Of a stretch of DNA of 64,000 bases, positions 40,731 to 53,254 are shown one piece after another. Below the pieces are notes generated by a model, which was given only the letters and a program-made list of their open reading frames with translations, was not told the origin of the DNA and did not search any database. Source of the stretch: the human T2T-CHM13v2.0 reference genome, Homo sapiens; NCBI RefSeq assembly GCF_009914755.1, contig NC_060944.1; one strand, written 5' to 3'. Each line of letters starts with the position of its first letter. Within the stretch, counting starts at the first letter, position 1. The position numbers were made by a program, and so were the translations under genes.

Positions 40731-41518
40731 ATGCTCTGAGAGAGTAGCAAGTGAGCAGGAGGATGGAAATGAAAGGAGGAAGGAAAAAAGGAAGGAAGGG
40801 AGGGAGAGGAGTGCGGGATGGAGGAAGATCTTTTTAAATTACTCTATGGGGAGTACTTGCTCTGTGCCAGGCATTATGCTGTGTTTTCCATGCTTTATGT
40901 TATTCAGTCCTCACAGCATCCTTTTGAAGTGGGTATATTTTTATTTTTATTTTTCCAGTGGAGAAGCAGAGGCTTGGAGAGATTGGACAACTAGCCCCAG
41001 ATCTCATAGGCCAGATGGTTAGCAACAGAGCTGAGGTATGAGCTGTTGTCTCTGATAGTGTGTTCATAGTCACAAAATTCTTCTTAAGTGCCAGATTCTA
41101 GGCCCTGGGAATACAGAAGTAAGAAAATGTTTCCAGTATTCATGGAGTTCCCAATTATGGGAAGTGGGGGGAAATATTATGCAAATAATCACACACATAA
41201 TCATGCAATTACAAAGGTGATAAATATGATAAAATTAAAGTACAAGACACCATGCATGGTTATAACAGAGCAGCCCCCACTTAAACTTAGGGGTGAAGGA
41301 AAGCCTCCCTGTGGGAGTCACATTTAAGCATGTCCCCAGCCTATTCGCCCCAGCTCTGGTCAAATGCCTTCCCATCAGCATACTACCAGGAAGGAAGAGA
41401 AGGCAGAGCCCCTATACTGTCAAATCAGGATGACTACTTCAATAATCATTTTAGAGACAATCTACCTTATCCTACAAAAAGTCTTGGGAATCCAAGTGCT
41501 TTATGTACACATACATAT

Positions 41519-41620
41519 ATGCATGCATATGTAAACACATATACACCTACGGACACTTATACACACAAACACACACACATACATACAACATATACACACA
41601 GGCACCCACATACACATAAC
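41519..41620 (+). repeat. Displaced copy of 40572-40671
   Basis: Shares the same non-periodic interruptions (CCTAC, GACACTT, CAAAC, CAGGCA); 5 substitutions plus one extra CA. Confidence 0.9.
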
Positions 41621-42246
41621 TGTAGTGAAAGTCTAGGGTCTTGCTGTAATGAAAGTGGCCCATTCTGGGACACCTCACATCTGAAGCCCCCACCACTGTG
41701 ACTTCTGAAGAAATTTAGGCCAGCAAGAACATTACTGCTTCAGTGAACAAGAGTCCACTGGATTGTACGAGACTGGTGTTCAACAGTGCCACCATGTGGA
41801 CAGGACCAAAACGATACTCTAGTGAATAGGTGAAGATTTCTAGTTCTCTCACCTGACATTTGGAACAGAATGGGCCCCCTTTTTACTAAACAAGACGCCA
41901 AGTGGTCCTTGGAAATTTTCTCTTTACGCTAATAATGTAAGTGGGGACTCAAGTAATTGGAAAAAATAAAGGAGCAGTGACCTTAGTGTCCCTTGAGCTG
42001 ACTAAGTAGTTCCTACTGGCTTCAAATGAGTCTCTAGAATGTTCTGTGGGGCTTTCCAAAGACAATCTGCATCTTTGTTCACCTTCCAGACCTGGAGCTC
42101 CCACAGATAGCTAACCTCCCTCCCAAATAAGCTGCTCACAAAATTCCTCACCAGTCTAATGAAAAGAAAATGAGTTTGATGTCAGATAAACCTGATTTTA
42201 AACCCCAGATCCTGTACTTACTGGGAGGATAACCATAATCCTCCCA

Positions 42247-42343
42247 TGTCCTGTGCTTTAATTTTATCACACCTATCACCTTTGTAATGGTATGATTATT
42301 TGTGTGATTATTTGCATGATATTTCCCCCCTTCCCATAATTGG
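42247..42343 (-). repeat. Inverted copy of 41151-41249 (L2-derived) inserted in a MIR
   Basis: Reverse complement aligns with about 9 substitutions and a 2-nt indel; both ORF-track peptides contain GGKY(Y/H)ANNHT(H/N)NH.ITKVI..IKLK. Confidence 0.9.
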
Positions 42344-42427
42344 AGGATAGTCAGGATCCTCACGCTCTACAAGAATTAGATTTCCTCAAAAAAAAATAAC
42401 ATCTCCTTCACAGGCTGTTGTGTAAGG

Positions 42428-42640
42428 TGTATTAGTATCTTAGGGTTGCCATAACAAATCACCACAAACTAAGTGGTTTAAACAGCAGAAATTTATTCTC
42501 TAACAGTTCTAGAGAACAAGAGTCCAAAATCAAGATGTCACAGGGCCAATCTCTGAAAGTTCTAGGGGAGGGTCATTCCATATTTTCCTTAGTTTCTGAT
42601 GGTTGCTATCATTCCTTGGATCTCCCTTGCCTGTAGCTAC
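42428..42640 (-). mobile_element. MLT1C/D MaLR LTR fragment
   Basis: TGTATTAGT..GTTGCCATAACAAATCACCACAAACT..AGAAATTTATTCTC..GTCCAAAATCAAG. Confidence 0.8.
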
Positions 42641-42779
42641 AATGAGATGACAGTCAGGCATGTTGTACACAGTTGGTTACCTTCAGTTGCATCTGAATTT
42701 ACATTTACTGTGCCCAGTTTTGAAGCCTTCTGTATCATTCACCAGTCAGTCAACAGTAATCTTATGAAGTCATAAATAT

Positions 42780-43335
42780 ATTTGTCATTCTTCTGCTTAC
42801 AGTCCACTATGGTTCCCCGGTGAAAAAATGGTTCCCCTTAAGAAAAAATATTAATACATCTTTGGAAGAGCCCATAAGCCCTTCACCATCTGGCCCAGCC
42901 TGGTCTTCCCCTACTCCTCCACTTGCCTCTACTTCTTCTACATTAACCCACTCATTAATCCATGCACACTACACATATATTTGGACTTTCAGGTTTTGCC
43001 CTCTGCCCTATTCTTTCTATCTCTAATACTCCACTCCTTTCTCCATCGAGAGTTTTTCTTCTCCTCCAGGAGTGCTTCTTCTCATCATTCAAGACTCAGT
43101 TTGCATCCTATTCTCTCTAAGGCTTTCCCAGATACCCCTGGACAGAGTTAGACTCTCCCACCTGTGAGTTTCTGAAGAACTCTGTATATAATGCCAATAT
43201 GGTGCTGGTCATATTCTATTCTGATTTCCACTGTGCCTATGTTCTCCACCAGACTGTGAGCTCTTTGAGGACAAGGACTTGGTTTTATCCACCCTTACTC
43301 CTAGGTTCACCCCAATTTGGAATGGAGTAGGTGCT
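42780..43335 (+). mobile_element. L2 fragment
   Basis: CAGACTGTGAGCTCTTTGAGGACAAGGACT..GTAGGTGCTTAATAAACACTTACTGAA is the L2 3' end. Confidence 0.65.
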
Positions 43336-46300
43336 TAATAAACACTTACTGAAATGGACATCAAACCTGAATAAGTTCTGAGGACTCCCAAGTCCCTCAG
43401 GGCTGGAGAGAGGAACCACCAAATTCCCTCTGATATCTGGGACATACACATAGTTCACAACAATTAAAATAACTAAATCTGGATGACTCAGGACACCTGA
43501 GCTTTCCCTCCTACATTTTCCACCACTTTGGCAAACCCCTTAACCTCTCTAAGCCTCAATAGCCTCATTTGTCACTCTGAAGTAACTCATGTGCCGGCCA
43601 GGGCTAGGTATGTTTAGAAACGCCATCTGTTTTAGCCCTCACAACAATCAAGGTACATGAGCACTTGATTTCCACTTTATAGATGAGAAAAACGGAGGTT
43701 CAGAGAGATTGAGTAACTTTCCCACTTTACACAGCTAGTAAGCAGCAGAGCTGGGATCAGACCAGGCCCCTCAACCCAGAGACATTACTTATTCATTTAC
43801 CGCTCCTCTCAGAAAAATCTTTATTGAGCACCCACTGTATTGTTGGCACAGCTCTAGATGCTAGGGGTACAGCAGTGACTAAGGCAAGTGATTAAAGTGT
43901 CCCCATATTTATGGCATTTACACTTTCCTTCTGTCATGCACCCCCCCAAAGCTGGTGACACAACATGAGAGGGGCAACAGGACTGCAGTGGCCCCAATAA
44001 GGTCCAGCATACACAGCAGCTTTAGAATGAGAGCAGCAAGACTAACCAGCCAACGCTAACCCCCACCACAGGTGGAGATGGAGCCTGATGTGAAGCCACG
44101 TCCTGCTTGCTCAGGACAGGGCAGGTTGAAGTTCTTTAGCACCTGTGGTTGGGCTGGGCCAGGACAGAGAGGGGAGAGGCAACCTGGAAGCTGCAGGTCA
44201 CAAGTCTCCTCTCCTGCCACTTTGTGCCCCCTCCCCAGTCCTGTCCTCAGCCAAGCACAGGAGCAGTCGCTCAAGTTTACGATGTGCTGCGTGCAGGTTG
44301 CAGACCTACCATCATCCATAATAGGTTGTTGTTTTTACTTTCCATTTATAGAGGTGGCTGAGTTACCACCTATGGTCACCGCAGCCGTTAAACTGCTCCG
44401 GGGGCTGAGATTTACATAGCAGCCATGTGAGCTGCCACAAACTTGGGGTTGGGAGGAGGATGTTTTCAATCGAATTAGAGCTGATGATTGATAGACAGGG
44501 ACAGCAGAGACCAGCCTCATCAACTCCAAAAAGCCCAGGAAGCCCTCACCCAGAATGCACTCCCTGGAGATAACAGTGGTGGAGCCCAGGCCATGCATGA
44601 GATAAAGAAAAAGGCTCAGAACAAGTGGGTGCACATTCGCACCCTGGAATAGCTAGGAAGACCTGGGAGTGGGAATTAGAGGATGGACCTCTACTCCTTT
44701 CCCCCATGATATCAAATTCGCGTAGTAATTATGTCTTTTACCTGAACAGTGGTTCCTAACAACCAGCTAATAACGGGATATAATCTCCATAGCTTTCAAT
44801 CCCAAGATCTCAAAACATATTATGAATAATTAAATGCCATTATTTAGTGATTTGGGTAATCAAAGACCTTTTTAACTGTCATTTTTTTTCTTTTGCTGTG
44901 CCCAGAACACAGCTCAGCACCATGTTCTCAAATGAGGAAACTGAGGCACAGAGAGGCCAGATGAACTGGCACAGATCATCTGATACCTCATCGTGGCTCT
45001 TAGTCCCCACTCCACACTCTTTCTCCAGGGCCTTCAGCACTGTGCCTCTGCATGACTGACTGCCCCCTTCTCCCCAGCCCCAAATCCCACCCCCACCTTT
45101 ACCCATCCTAGACACCATTATTTAAATGTTTCCTGTTGAAATCACCCTCATTCCCACTGGGGCAGGTGCAGGGATCCAGCAGGACAAATTGGCCACCTCC
45201 CTTCCTGGCCTCACCTTGGCCCCTCTCTTACCATTTAAATCCTCCACCCTGAACAAAGTAGCAAAATGTACCCCCCTTCTCATGCGGTTTAGTATAAGGA
45301 CAGGTTTGGATCCCTACAATGAAAGTTCATGTTTCTAACAAGTGTCCACAGCCAGTGCCCTCTGCATCCATTTAACTGTTGCCTCCTGAAAGCTATCATT
45401 TTCTATTTCCTGTGACTAATGTGCACTGGGAGCTAAATTCACACGTGTGTGCAGGACCCTACTTCCAAAGACATGTTTCATCATCGTCCATTGACAGGGC
45501 TCTCAACCCCAAGCCAGGACCCACGCATGCCAGAGGCTGTGGCGAGCCACGAGCATTGCGTTTACTCATGCATGGGCATAAACCTCCATGGCCTCTCTCC
45601 CCTGCACAGTCTGAGACACAGGGTGGATACGCAGTAATTCAGGCTCCTACAGCGGGCCTCAGACTCACCCCTGCCAGGATACAGATATTGTAGAGAGATT
45701 TTTTTATTGTCTATCTCCCTCATCAGCCTGAGCTCTCTATCTCCAGATCTTTCCTGTAGTTCCTTAATATTCTGAACAATACTATGTGGCAGATATGGTT
45801 TATTCCATTTTACAGATGTGGAAACTGAGGTTAAATGTTTACTCAAAATTACACAGAGACTAAATGCCTTAATCATAATAGGACTCAAGTCTCTTTGGTC
45901 CCCAAGTTTCATGTTCTTCTCACAATCCCCCAGTTAATATATCTAGTCCAAATAAAGAACAGATTAACTGACTAATTTAAACTCCCAAACTCACTTCTGC
46001 ACCAGTGCTCTGGAGGATCAAGGCCATATCCACAGAGTACAGAGCAAAAAAGGAGAACTAGCAAATACCCAGAGCATTTGGCAAGTATCTTAGACATTCA
46101 AGCCAGAAGATTTAGGAGTGAAAGAGAATTCTTATTATCATAATTGTTATCATAATTGCCAAAACAAATAAAATTAACCAAGGACATGTAGCTGTATCTG
46201 CACCCAAGCAAGACTGTAGCAGTTCTTAACCAATCAACATGTCTATTAGCATGAAGCAATTGTGTCTTGCCTGTGATCGGCACCTCATTTTTATTCATCA

Positions 46301-46629
46301 AATATTTATTGGGTACCAGTGATGTGCCAAGCCCTGTGCTGGAACTCGAGATGACACAGATGACTGACGTGGTCCCCGCCCTTGGGAAGCATGCAGTCCA
46401 GGAAAGTCATAGAATGCAGCTCCCAAGAAGAAGCCACTGGAGCAAGCAGATGAAGGTTGGGAAATCATGCAAGCCTAGGGCAGACCAGCCAAACTGCAAT
46501 GGGAATGCAGCTAGCTACTCACTCTGAGGCCCTAAAGCGGAATAAAAGGGACTGCAACAGCTTAGATTTCCCCTTTCCCTCCTCAGGGACAGGAGTAGCC
46601 ACCATTCAAATCTTTCTGTGATGACTAGC

Positions 46630-46944
46630 TGTCTTAGTCAGCTAAGGCTGCTATAACAAATCATCATTGACTGGATGATTTAAACAAAAACATTTATATC
46701 TCACAGTTCTGGAAACTGGGAAGTTCAAGATCAAGGCACTGGTAGATCTGGTGTTTGATAAGGGCAGTCTCCTGGTTTGCAGATGGTTGTCCTCTAGTTG
46801 TGTCTTCATATGGCTAGAGCACTCTCAAGTCTTCTTATAGGCACTAATCACACCTCCCAAAGGCCCCACCTCTTAATAGAATGACACTGGGGGCTAGACT
46901 TCAACATATGATATTTGGGAGGACGCAAACTTTCAGCCCATAGC
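46630..46944 (-). mobile_element. MLT1A-type MaLR solo LTR
   Basis: TGTCTTAGTC..GGCTGCTATAACAAA..CACAGTTCTGGA..AAGATCAAGG..CACCTCCCAAAGGCCCCACCTC..CCATAGCA. Confidence 0.85.
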
Positions 46945-48745
46945 ATGAGCAGTCTTCATGCACAGGAGGCTAATCATGATACTTCATGTGCCTGCCATTT
47001 GAGCCTCACATCTCTCCTCCATGCCAGAGTGGGTCACTTTATGCTACCTTATTCATCCCTGATGCTCTCCCTTAGTTGAACAGAATCCCCTTCCCACCCA
47101 AGGAATACGCATTGCCCTGTCAAACAAGGGAGGCTTTCTCACTTAGGGCAAAGTATAACAGCATCCTAGCTAGGATTTGGGGGACTCAGGCATGGATCAT
47201 TTGGAGGCTAGATGGGCTGACAGCCAACTGGTACCAGACACTGTCACTTCCCATTAACAGCCCAGGCATCTGGGAGCTTGCCCACCTCAGGGCAAGTCCA
47301 TTGATTTATTTTTTAATCTACAGAAACCTGAATCTAAAAGATTGGCAGTAACATGTGATGCCCATATTCAGGAATTTTAGTTTTGGTGCACTGGGGGCCC
47401 CTGCTTGCCTTTTGGTCCTAGAAGGCATCTCAAGGGCTCATGCAAATTAAGTTCCTTACAGCCACCCCAGAGATGCCAGGGTGCCCCAGATGGGCACACC
47501 AGTGACACCATGCCATCTGATGCTTGGACCCTCCCAGACAACTGCTTTGCTAGCGAATAATTCACTGGATTCAGCCATTGAGACACTGGGGAAACATAGC
47601 TGAGATGAAGTTGGCAGTGGAGACAGTTACCTAGCTCCTTCAAGGGGGAAAAGCACATACTACCCTTCTTTCATTAACCAGTCAGATAATGTATCTGCAG
47701 GGTGTTATCAGTCATCAGCACCCTGTTGCAATGGCAATTAAGAGGATTAGAAATCAGCTTCCATTTTATTGCAGTTCCCATGGAATGCATGGGTAGAGAC
47801 CAAAGAGCAGAGCAATGCATGGCTGTCAGCAATGCAGGGTCATTAGTGAGGCTTGGGAAAGACAATAAATCCCCAGATAAGTCAATCTTTCGACAACAAT
47901 TATTGATAACTAGAAGTTACATCAGACGCTGTGTTGGGCTTTAGGGAAACAGGTGAGGCCAACACTTTGCCTTTCCTTGAGGAGTTCACATCAAGTGCGA
48001 GACAATGCAGTCAAGTTAGCAAATTATTATAGAAAGGGGCACAAAAAACTCAGTGAGCAAAGAACTCTGAAGGCACAGAAGAGAGGACTGCAGATTCTAC
48101 CTGCGAAATCTGAAAGGCTTCAGAGAAGAGTTGTCATTTGAGATGGACATTGAGGGTAAGTAGAAGATCATTGGATAAATGAGGACAGACCCTTCAGAGC
48201 AGCAGCACAACGTAATGCTCAAAGTCATGGACTATGGAGTCAGACTTGTGAGATTATAGGTTAGGCCAGGGACTAACCTGGTGACCAAGACAAGTTACTC
48301 TAATGACTCTGTAACTCAGTTTCCACATGTGAAAAAATGCAATTGTTCTCATTATTAAATTAGACAATCTATGTCAAAGCACAGGGCACAGTTCTTGGGA
48401 ACTGGCAAGGGCCAAGAAATGTCAGCTATTATCATGATGTGCAGAAGGAAAGGTTTGAAGTGGATGAGAAAACCACTGTGGCTTAGAGCTTTGGTACAAA
48501 ATGAATAGTAGTAACTGTTCAACTTAAGATTTTGGTATTTATCCCATAATCAATGGAGAATGCCAAGCGGTTTCTGACCTGAAGTATGCCACACTGAGTT
48601 GGGGTAGAGACCATGGGCCTGGATATATTGACACCAGGGAGGAGCCACTGACTTGGGGCTTGACTTCGGGTGGTATAAATGAGGGCAGAGAGAAGGGAAG
48701 GGATCCTGAAGATATTAGCAGGGAGCTTCAACTGGTTTTGCTGAC

Positions 48746-49146
48746 TGTGATGGTCGGTTTTATGTGTCAACTTGGTTAGGCTACAGCCTCCAGTTTTTTA
48801 ATCAAACACTAACCTAGGACTTGCTGTGAATGTATTTTGTGACTGTGATTAAAATCCTTAATCAGTTGGTTTTAAGTATGGGAGATTATCCTACATAATT
48901 TGAGTGGGTCTGATTCAGTTGAAAGACCTTAAGAGCAGGGCTGAGGCTCCTCTGCAGTAAAAGAAACTCTGCCTGTGGACAGCAGCTTGAGCCAAAAGCT
49001 CCAGCCTGCCCTTCCTACCAGCCTATTCTATGGATTTTGGACTTTCCTGGCCAATCCCCCACATCGCAAAAGCCAATTCTTTGCAATAAATCTGAATACA
49101 TATCTCCTACTAGTTCTGTGTCTCTGGTTGAACCCAGATTTACACA
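48746..49146 (+). mobile_element. MLT2 (D-like) ERVL solo LTR
   Basis: TGTGATGG..TTTTATGTGTCAACTTGG..ATCAAACACT..CAGTTGAAAGACCTTAAGAGC..GTTCTGTGTCTCTGG..ACA. Confidence 0.85.
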
Positions 49147-49149
49147 ATA

Positions 49150-49717
49150 ACGGATTGGATAAAGGAAATGCGATCTGTCCATAAAATGGAATATTATCCA
49201 GACTTTTAACAAAGAAGGAAAGCCTACCATTTGTGATAATATGGATAAACCTGGAAGGCATAATGTTAAGTGAGCCAGTCACAGGACAGATACTGCGTGA
49301 TTTCACCTATATGAAGTAGCTAAAATAGTCAAACTCATAGAAGCAGAGAATAGAATGGTGGGTGCCAGGGGCTGGGGGGAAGAGAGTAATAAGGGAGATT
49401 TTGCTTAATGGGCATAAAGTTTCAGTTATACTAAATGATACACTTTAGAGATCTGCTGTACAACACTGTGTCTATAGTTAACAGTATGATATTGTGCAGC
49501 TAAAAATTTGTATAAAGGGCGTATCTCATTTTAAGTGCTCTTATCACAAAAAAAGGAGGTACAAAAGGAAATTTTTGAAGGTAATAGATAGGTTTGTTAC
49601 TTTGACCATGGTGATATTATCATGGGTGTATGCATATGTCCAAACTATTAAATTGTATACATTAAATCTGTGTATTTTTAATATCAATTATACTTCAATA
49701 AAGCTGTTTAAAAAAAT
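49150..49717 (+). mobile_element. L1MA9/10-like 3' end
   Basis: ATAGTCAAACTCATAGAAGCAGAGAATAGAATGGTGG..GAGATCTGCTGTACAACA..CTTCAATAAAGCTG. Confidence 0.85.
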
Positions 49718-50661
49718 GTAGAGCTAAAAGAAGCCACATCAGTTCCTAGAGATTCCTCACAAAGCCTTGGACATACGATTGGTTCCTGCCTCATCCTTGT
49801 GCCAAAGTCTATAAAAATCTCTCTTTTATGTGGCTGCCTTTTCTGGACAAGGCAACATTCCTGTCTCAGTTGGCAGCTCTATAGAGCAGATTGCAGAAGT
49901 TTGGACATATTGACTCTGACATATGGATCATGCTCTCAGGTTGGTTTTTGTTTTGTTTTGTTCCTAATATATATCGTTTTATAAGGTTTCTTTTATGTTA
50001 GGCTGAGTCTTTGATCTCCCCAGAAAAAAACTCTGCCTCCCCCCAGAGTTTCTTTTAATCTACAAAAATCACTGACCACAGCTGCAGACAGGGAAGGGTT
50101 CTGCAAAGAGACAAGCCAAGTACAGTGAGAGAACATAGACTCAGAGAGAGGTAACTAGGAAGCACAGTGCGTTTCTCCAAGGCCCCTGACATTCGTGTGA
50201 CGTGCTCTTTGCAGTCATCCAAGCCCTGAGTTCCAGAATGCATGGCTAACAAATGGGAAGGGGAGAGCCAGCTCTGTGCCAGTCTTGTCTCAAATATTAG
50301 CTATTCTCATTCTTGCATCAGTCTGGTGAGGTAAAGACCCTGATCTCTTATAACAATTGAGGAAACTGAGGCTCAGGGAGTGTCTTAGCTTGGCTCCCCC
50401 AGAAGCAGATGGTGAGGCAAAGGTTCCTTCTACTTTGATGTAATTTCAAATTTAAAGAAAAGTTGCAATAACAGCATAAAGAGTTCCAAAATACTCTTTA
50501 TCCAGATTGGCTAATTGTTACATTTTCTCCTATTTGCTTTGTTATTCTCCTTCTTCTCCCCGCCTCCCATGGTTTTTTAATGAATTATTTGAAAGTAATT
50601 TAGAGACCTGATACACCTTTGCCCCTAAATATTTCAGTGTTTATGTCCTAGGAATAAGGAC

Positions 50662-50970
50662 GTTGTTGTTGTTGTTGTTTTGAGACAGGGTCTGGCTCTG
50701 TTGCCCAGGCTGGAGTGCAGTGGCACGATCTTGGCTCACTGTAGCCTCCAGCACCCAGACTAAAGTGATCCTCCCACCTCAACCTCCCAAGTAGCTGGGG
50801 CTATAGGCATGAGCCACCACGCCCAGCTAATTTTTTAATATTTTTTGTAGAGACAAAGTTTCCACAAAAATATTGCCCAGGCTGGTCTCAAAACTCCTGA
50901 GCTCAAATGGTCCACCCACCTTGGCCTCCCAAAGTGCTGGGATTACAGGCATGAGCCACCATGCCTAGTC
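50662..50970 (-). mobile_element. AluJ with (GTT)n tail
   Basis: Full dimer; TSD-like AGGACGTT (50657-50664) and AGGACATT (50971-50978). Confidence 0.93.
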
Positions 50971-50979
50971 AGGACATTC

Positions 50980-51312
50980 TTTTTTTTTTTTTTTAACTTT
51001 TATTTTAGTTTCAGGTACATGTGCAGGTTTGTTATATAGGTAAACTCTTGTCACGGGGGTTTGATGTACGGATTATTTTGTCACCCAATAACTATTGGGT
51101 GATGAAAAAGTTAACTGTTAGGTACTAGTTAACTATCATGTACTAAGCCTAATACCCAATAGTTCTTTTTTCTGCTCCTCTCTCTCCTCATACCCTCCCT
51201 CTCTGTTAGACCCCACTGTCTGTTGTTCCCCTCTTCGTGTCCATGTACTCTCATCACTTAGCTCCCACTTATAAGTAAGAACATTTGATATTTGGCTTTC
51301 TGTTCCTGCATC
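50980..51312 (-). mobile_element. L1PA13-16-like 3'UTR fragment
   Basis: Poly-T then GGTACATGTGCAGGTTTGTTATATAGGTAAAC..AGCTCCCACTTATAAGT. Confidence 0.88.
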
Positions 51313-52542
51313 ACTTTCAATGCCACCATGGTACAATTATGTACCATGAATCATGAAATGTAACACTGTCACAATACTACTATCTGCACAGGCCACACTC
51401 AGATTTCATCAATTGTCCCAGTAATGTCTTTTATAAACTATTTATTTTTCCTTGTTCAAGATCCAGTCCAGAACCAGGGATTACATTTAATTATCATGTC
51501 TCTTTAGCCTCCTTTAAGCTAAAATATTTCCTCAGCCTTTCTTTGCCTTTCTTGACCTTAACATTTTTGAAGAGTATTGGCTGGGAATTGTGTAGAATGT
51601 CCATCAATTTTGGTTTCACTGAGACAAAGATTTTTTGAAAGCACTCCTCAGGAAGTAGAACCACAGAAGGAAAATGGTCAGCAAAGTTGTACTATCAAGC
51701 AAAGTCCCACAGCAGGCGAGTCTGGCTCGGTCCCACAGGGAAGCTCTGCAAACAGTATGGGTCACACCTCAGAGCTGTCCAATTTAGGGACAATGGAGCT
51801 GGAGAATGTTTGACCCCTGCACCCAGCAATTGCCTTCAGCTCCAGCTCTCATGCACAGTGCCTAAGGGGCTCCTGCAGCCAGAAGGCACACATGCTGGCC
51901 CATTGGCTGGTGAGTACAAACTGTGAAGGGATCTGGGGGAATAAAGCTGGGGCACTGGCAGTATGTGCTACAAAGAGTTTTACTTACCCAGAATCACACA
52001 GTTTGCAAGTGACAGAGATGGAATTCCAGCAAGCTCCGTGTCATTTATCTATATTCCATCGCCTCCCTGAAGAACTAATATCAACCAGAAGCCTGGATAA
52101 TCCTATGTCCCAGAGAAACAATGCGTCAGGCATCATTTTGCCATAGAAATGTGATTTTTTTTTTTAAGTTTTTAAGCAGAATCCCATTGTCTGCATTTTG
52201 GAGTGTGGTTGGTTTTTATTTTCTTGACTTTTTCCATTATTATAAAATGTCATGCAATGAGTTTATATGTGTGTCATAATTAATAAGAGAAATGACCAAA
52301 ATGCAGAACACTCGGTTCCCCAGGATACATGACTGCGGCTGGACAGCACAGCATCTGAGAGCCTGGGCTCTGGCTCCAGTCTCCCTGGACTCCTGTGCAG
52401 TCGCCAACATGTCACCTGCCTCTCAGAATATCCACTTAGCATCTGTAAAGGGTAGTAACACCACCAACTAGGAGGTTAGCGGAGAGTTAAATGAGATGAG
52501 GTGTGTATAACTCCGTTAACGCAGTACCTAGTGCATGGTGCG

Positions 52543-52907
52543 TGCAATGGTCGGAATGTTTATGTCCCCCCAAAATTCATATGTTAAAATCCTAAGGCTT
52601 AAATGGTGCTATTAGGAGGTGAGGCCTTTGGGGAATAATTAGCTTATGAGGGAGTATCCCTCATGTATGAGAATAGTGCCCTTATAAATGAAGCCTGAGG
52701 GAGCTTGATCGCCCCTTCCACCATATGAGGTCACAGTGAGAAGGCACCATCTGTGAGCAAGGAAGCAGGCCCTCACCAGACAATGAATCTGCTAGCATCT
52801 TGATCTTGAAATTCCCAACCCTTAGAACTGTGAGAAACAAGTTTCTGTTGTTGGTGACCCACCCAATCTATGGTATTTTGTTATAGCCACCCAAATATGC
52901 TAAGACA
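52543..52907 (+). mobile_element. MLT1A0-type solo LTR inserted in a MIR, 5-bp TSD
   Basis: TG..CCCCCAAAATTCATATGTT..GCCCTCACCAGACA..TAAGACA; flanks GTGCG / GTGTG differ by one CpG-type change. Confidence 0.9.
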
Positions 52908-52954
52908 GTGTGCCCTCTGTAAATGTTAACTGTGTTATTAATACCCTTGATTTA

Positions 52955-53254
52955 GGCCGGGTGCAGTGGCTCGTGCCTGTAATCCCAGCACTTTGAGAGG
53001 CTGAGGCAGGCAGATCACTTGAGTCCATGAGTTCAAGACCAGCCTGGTCAGCATGGCAAAACCCCATCTCTACTAAAAATACAAAAATTAACTGGATGTG
53101 GTGGTGCACACCTGTAGTCCCAGCTACTCAGGAGGCTGAAGCAGGAGAATTGCTTGAACCCAGAGGCAGAGGTTGCAGTGAGCCAAGATTGCTCCACTGC
53201 ACTCCAGCCTGGGTGACAGAGTGAGACTCTGTCTCAAAAAAAAAAAAAAAAAAA
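52955..53254 (+). mobile_element. AluS, full length, with 15-bp TSD
   Basis: GGCCGGGTGCAGTGGCTC..poly-A; TSD AATACCCTTGATTTA at 52940-52954 and 53255-53269. Confidence 0.97.

Larger units (their letters stand above)
50381..51975 (-). mobile_element. Nested cluster: ERVL-type LTR (LTR33/LTR16-like) split by an L1MC/MD fragment (~50430-51618)
   Basis: TGTCTTAGCTTGGCTCCCCCAGAAGCAGA..TGAGGCAAAG resumes as TGAGACAAAGA at ~51620; L1M 3'UTR motifs (CCCCTAAATATTTCAGTGT, CATTTTTGAAGAGTATTGGC) lie between. Confidence 0.55.
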
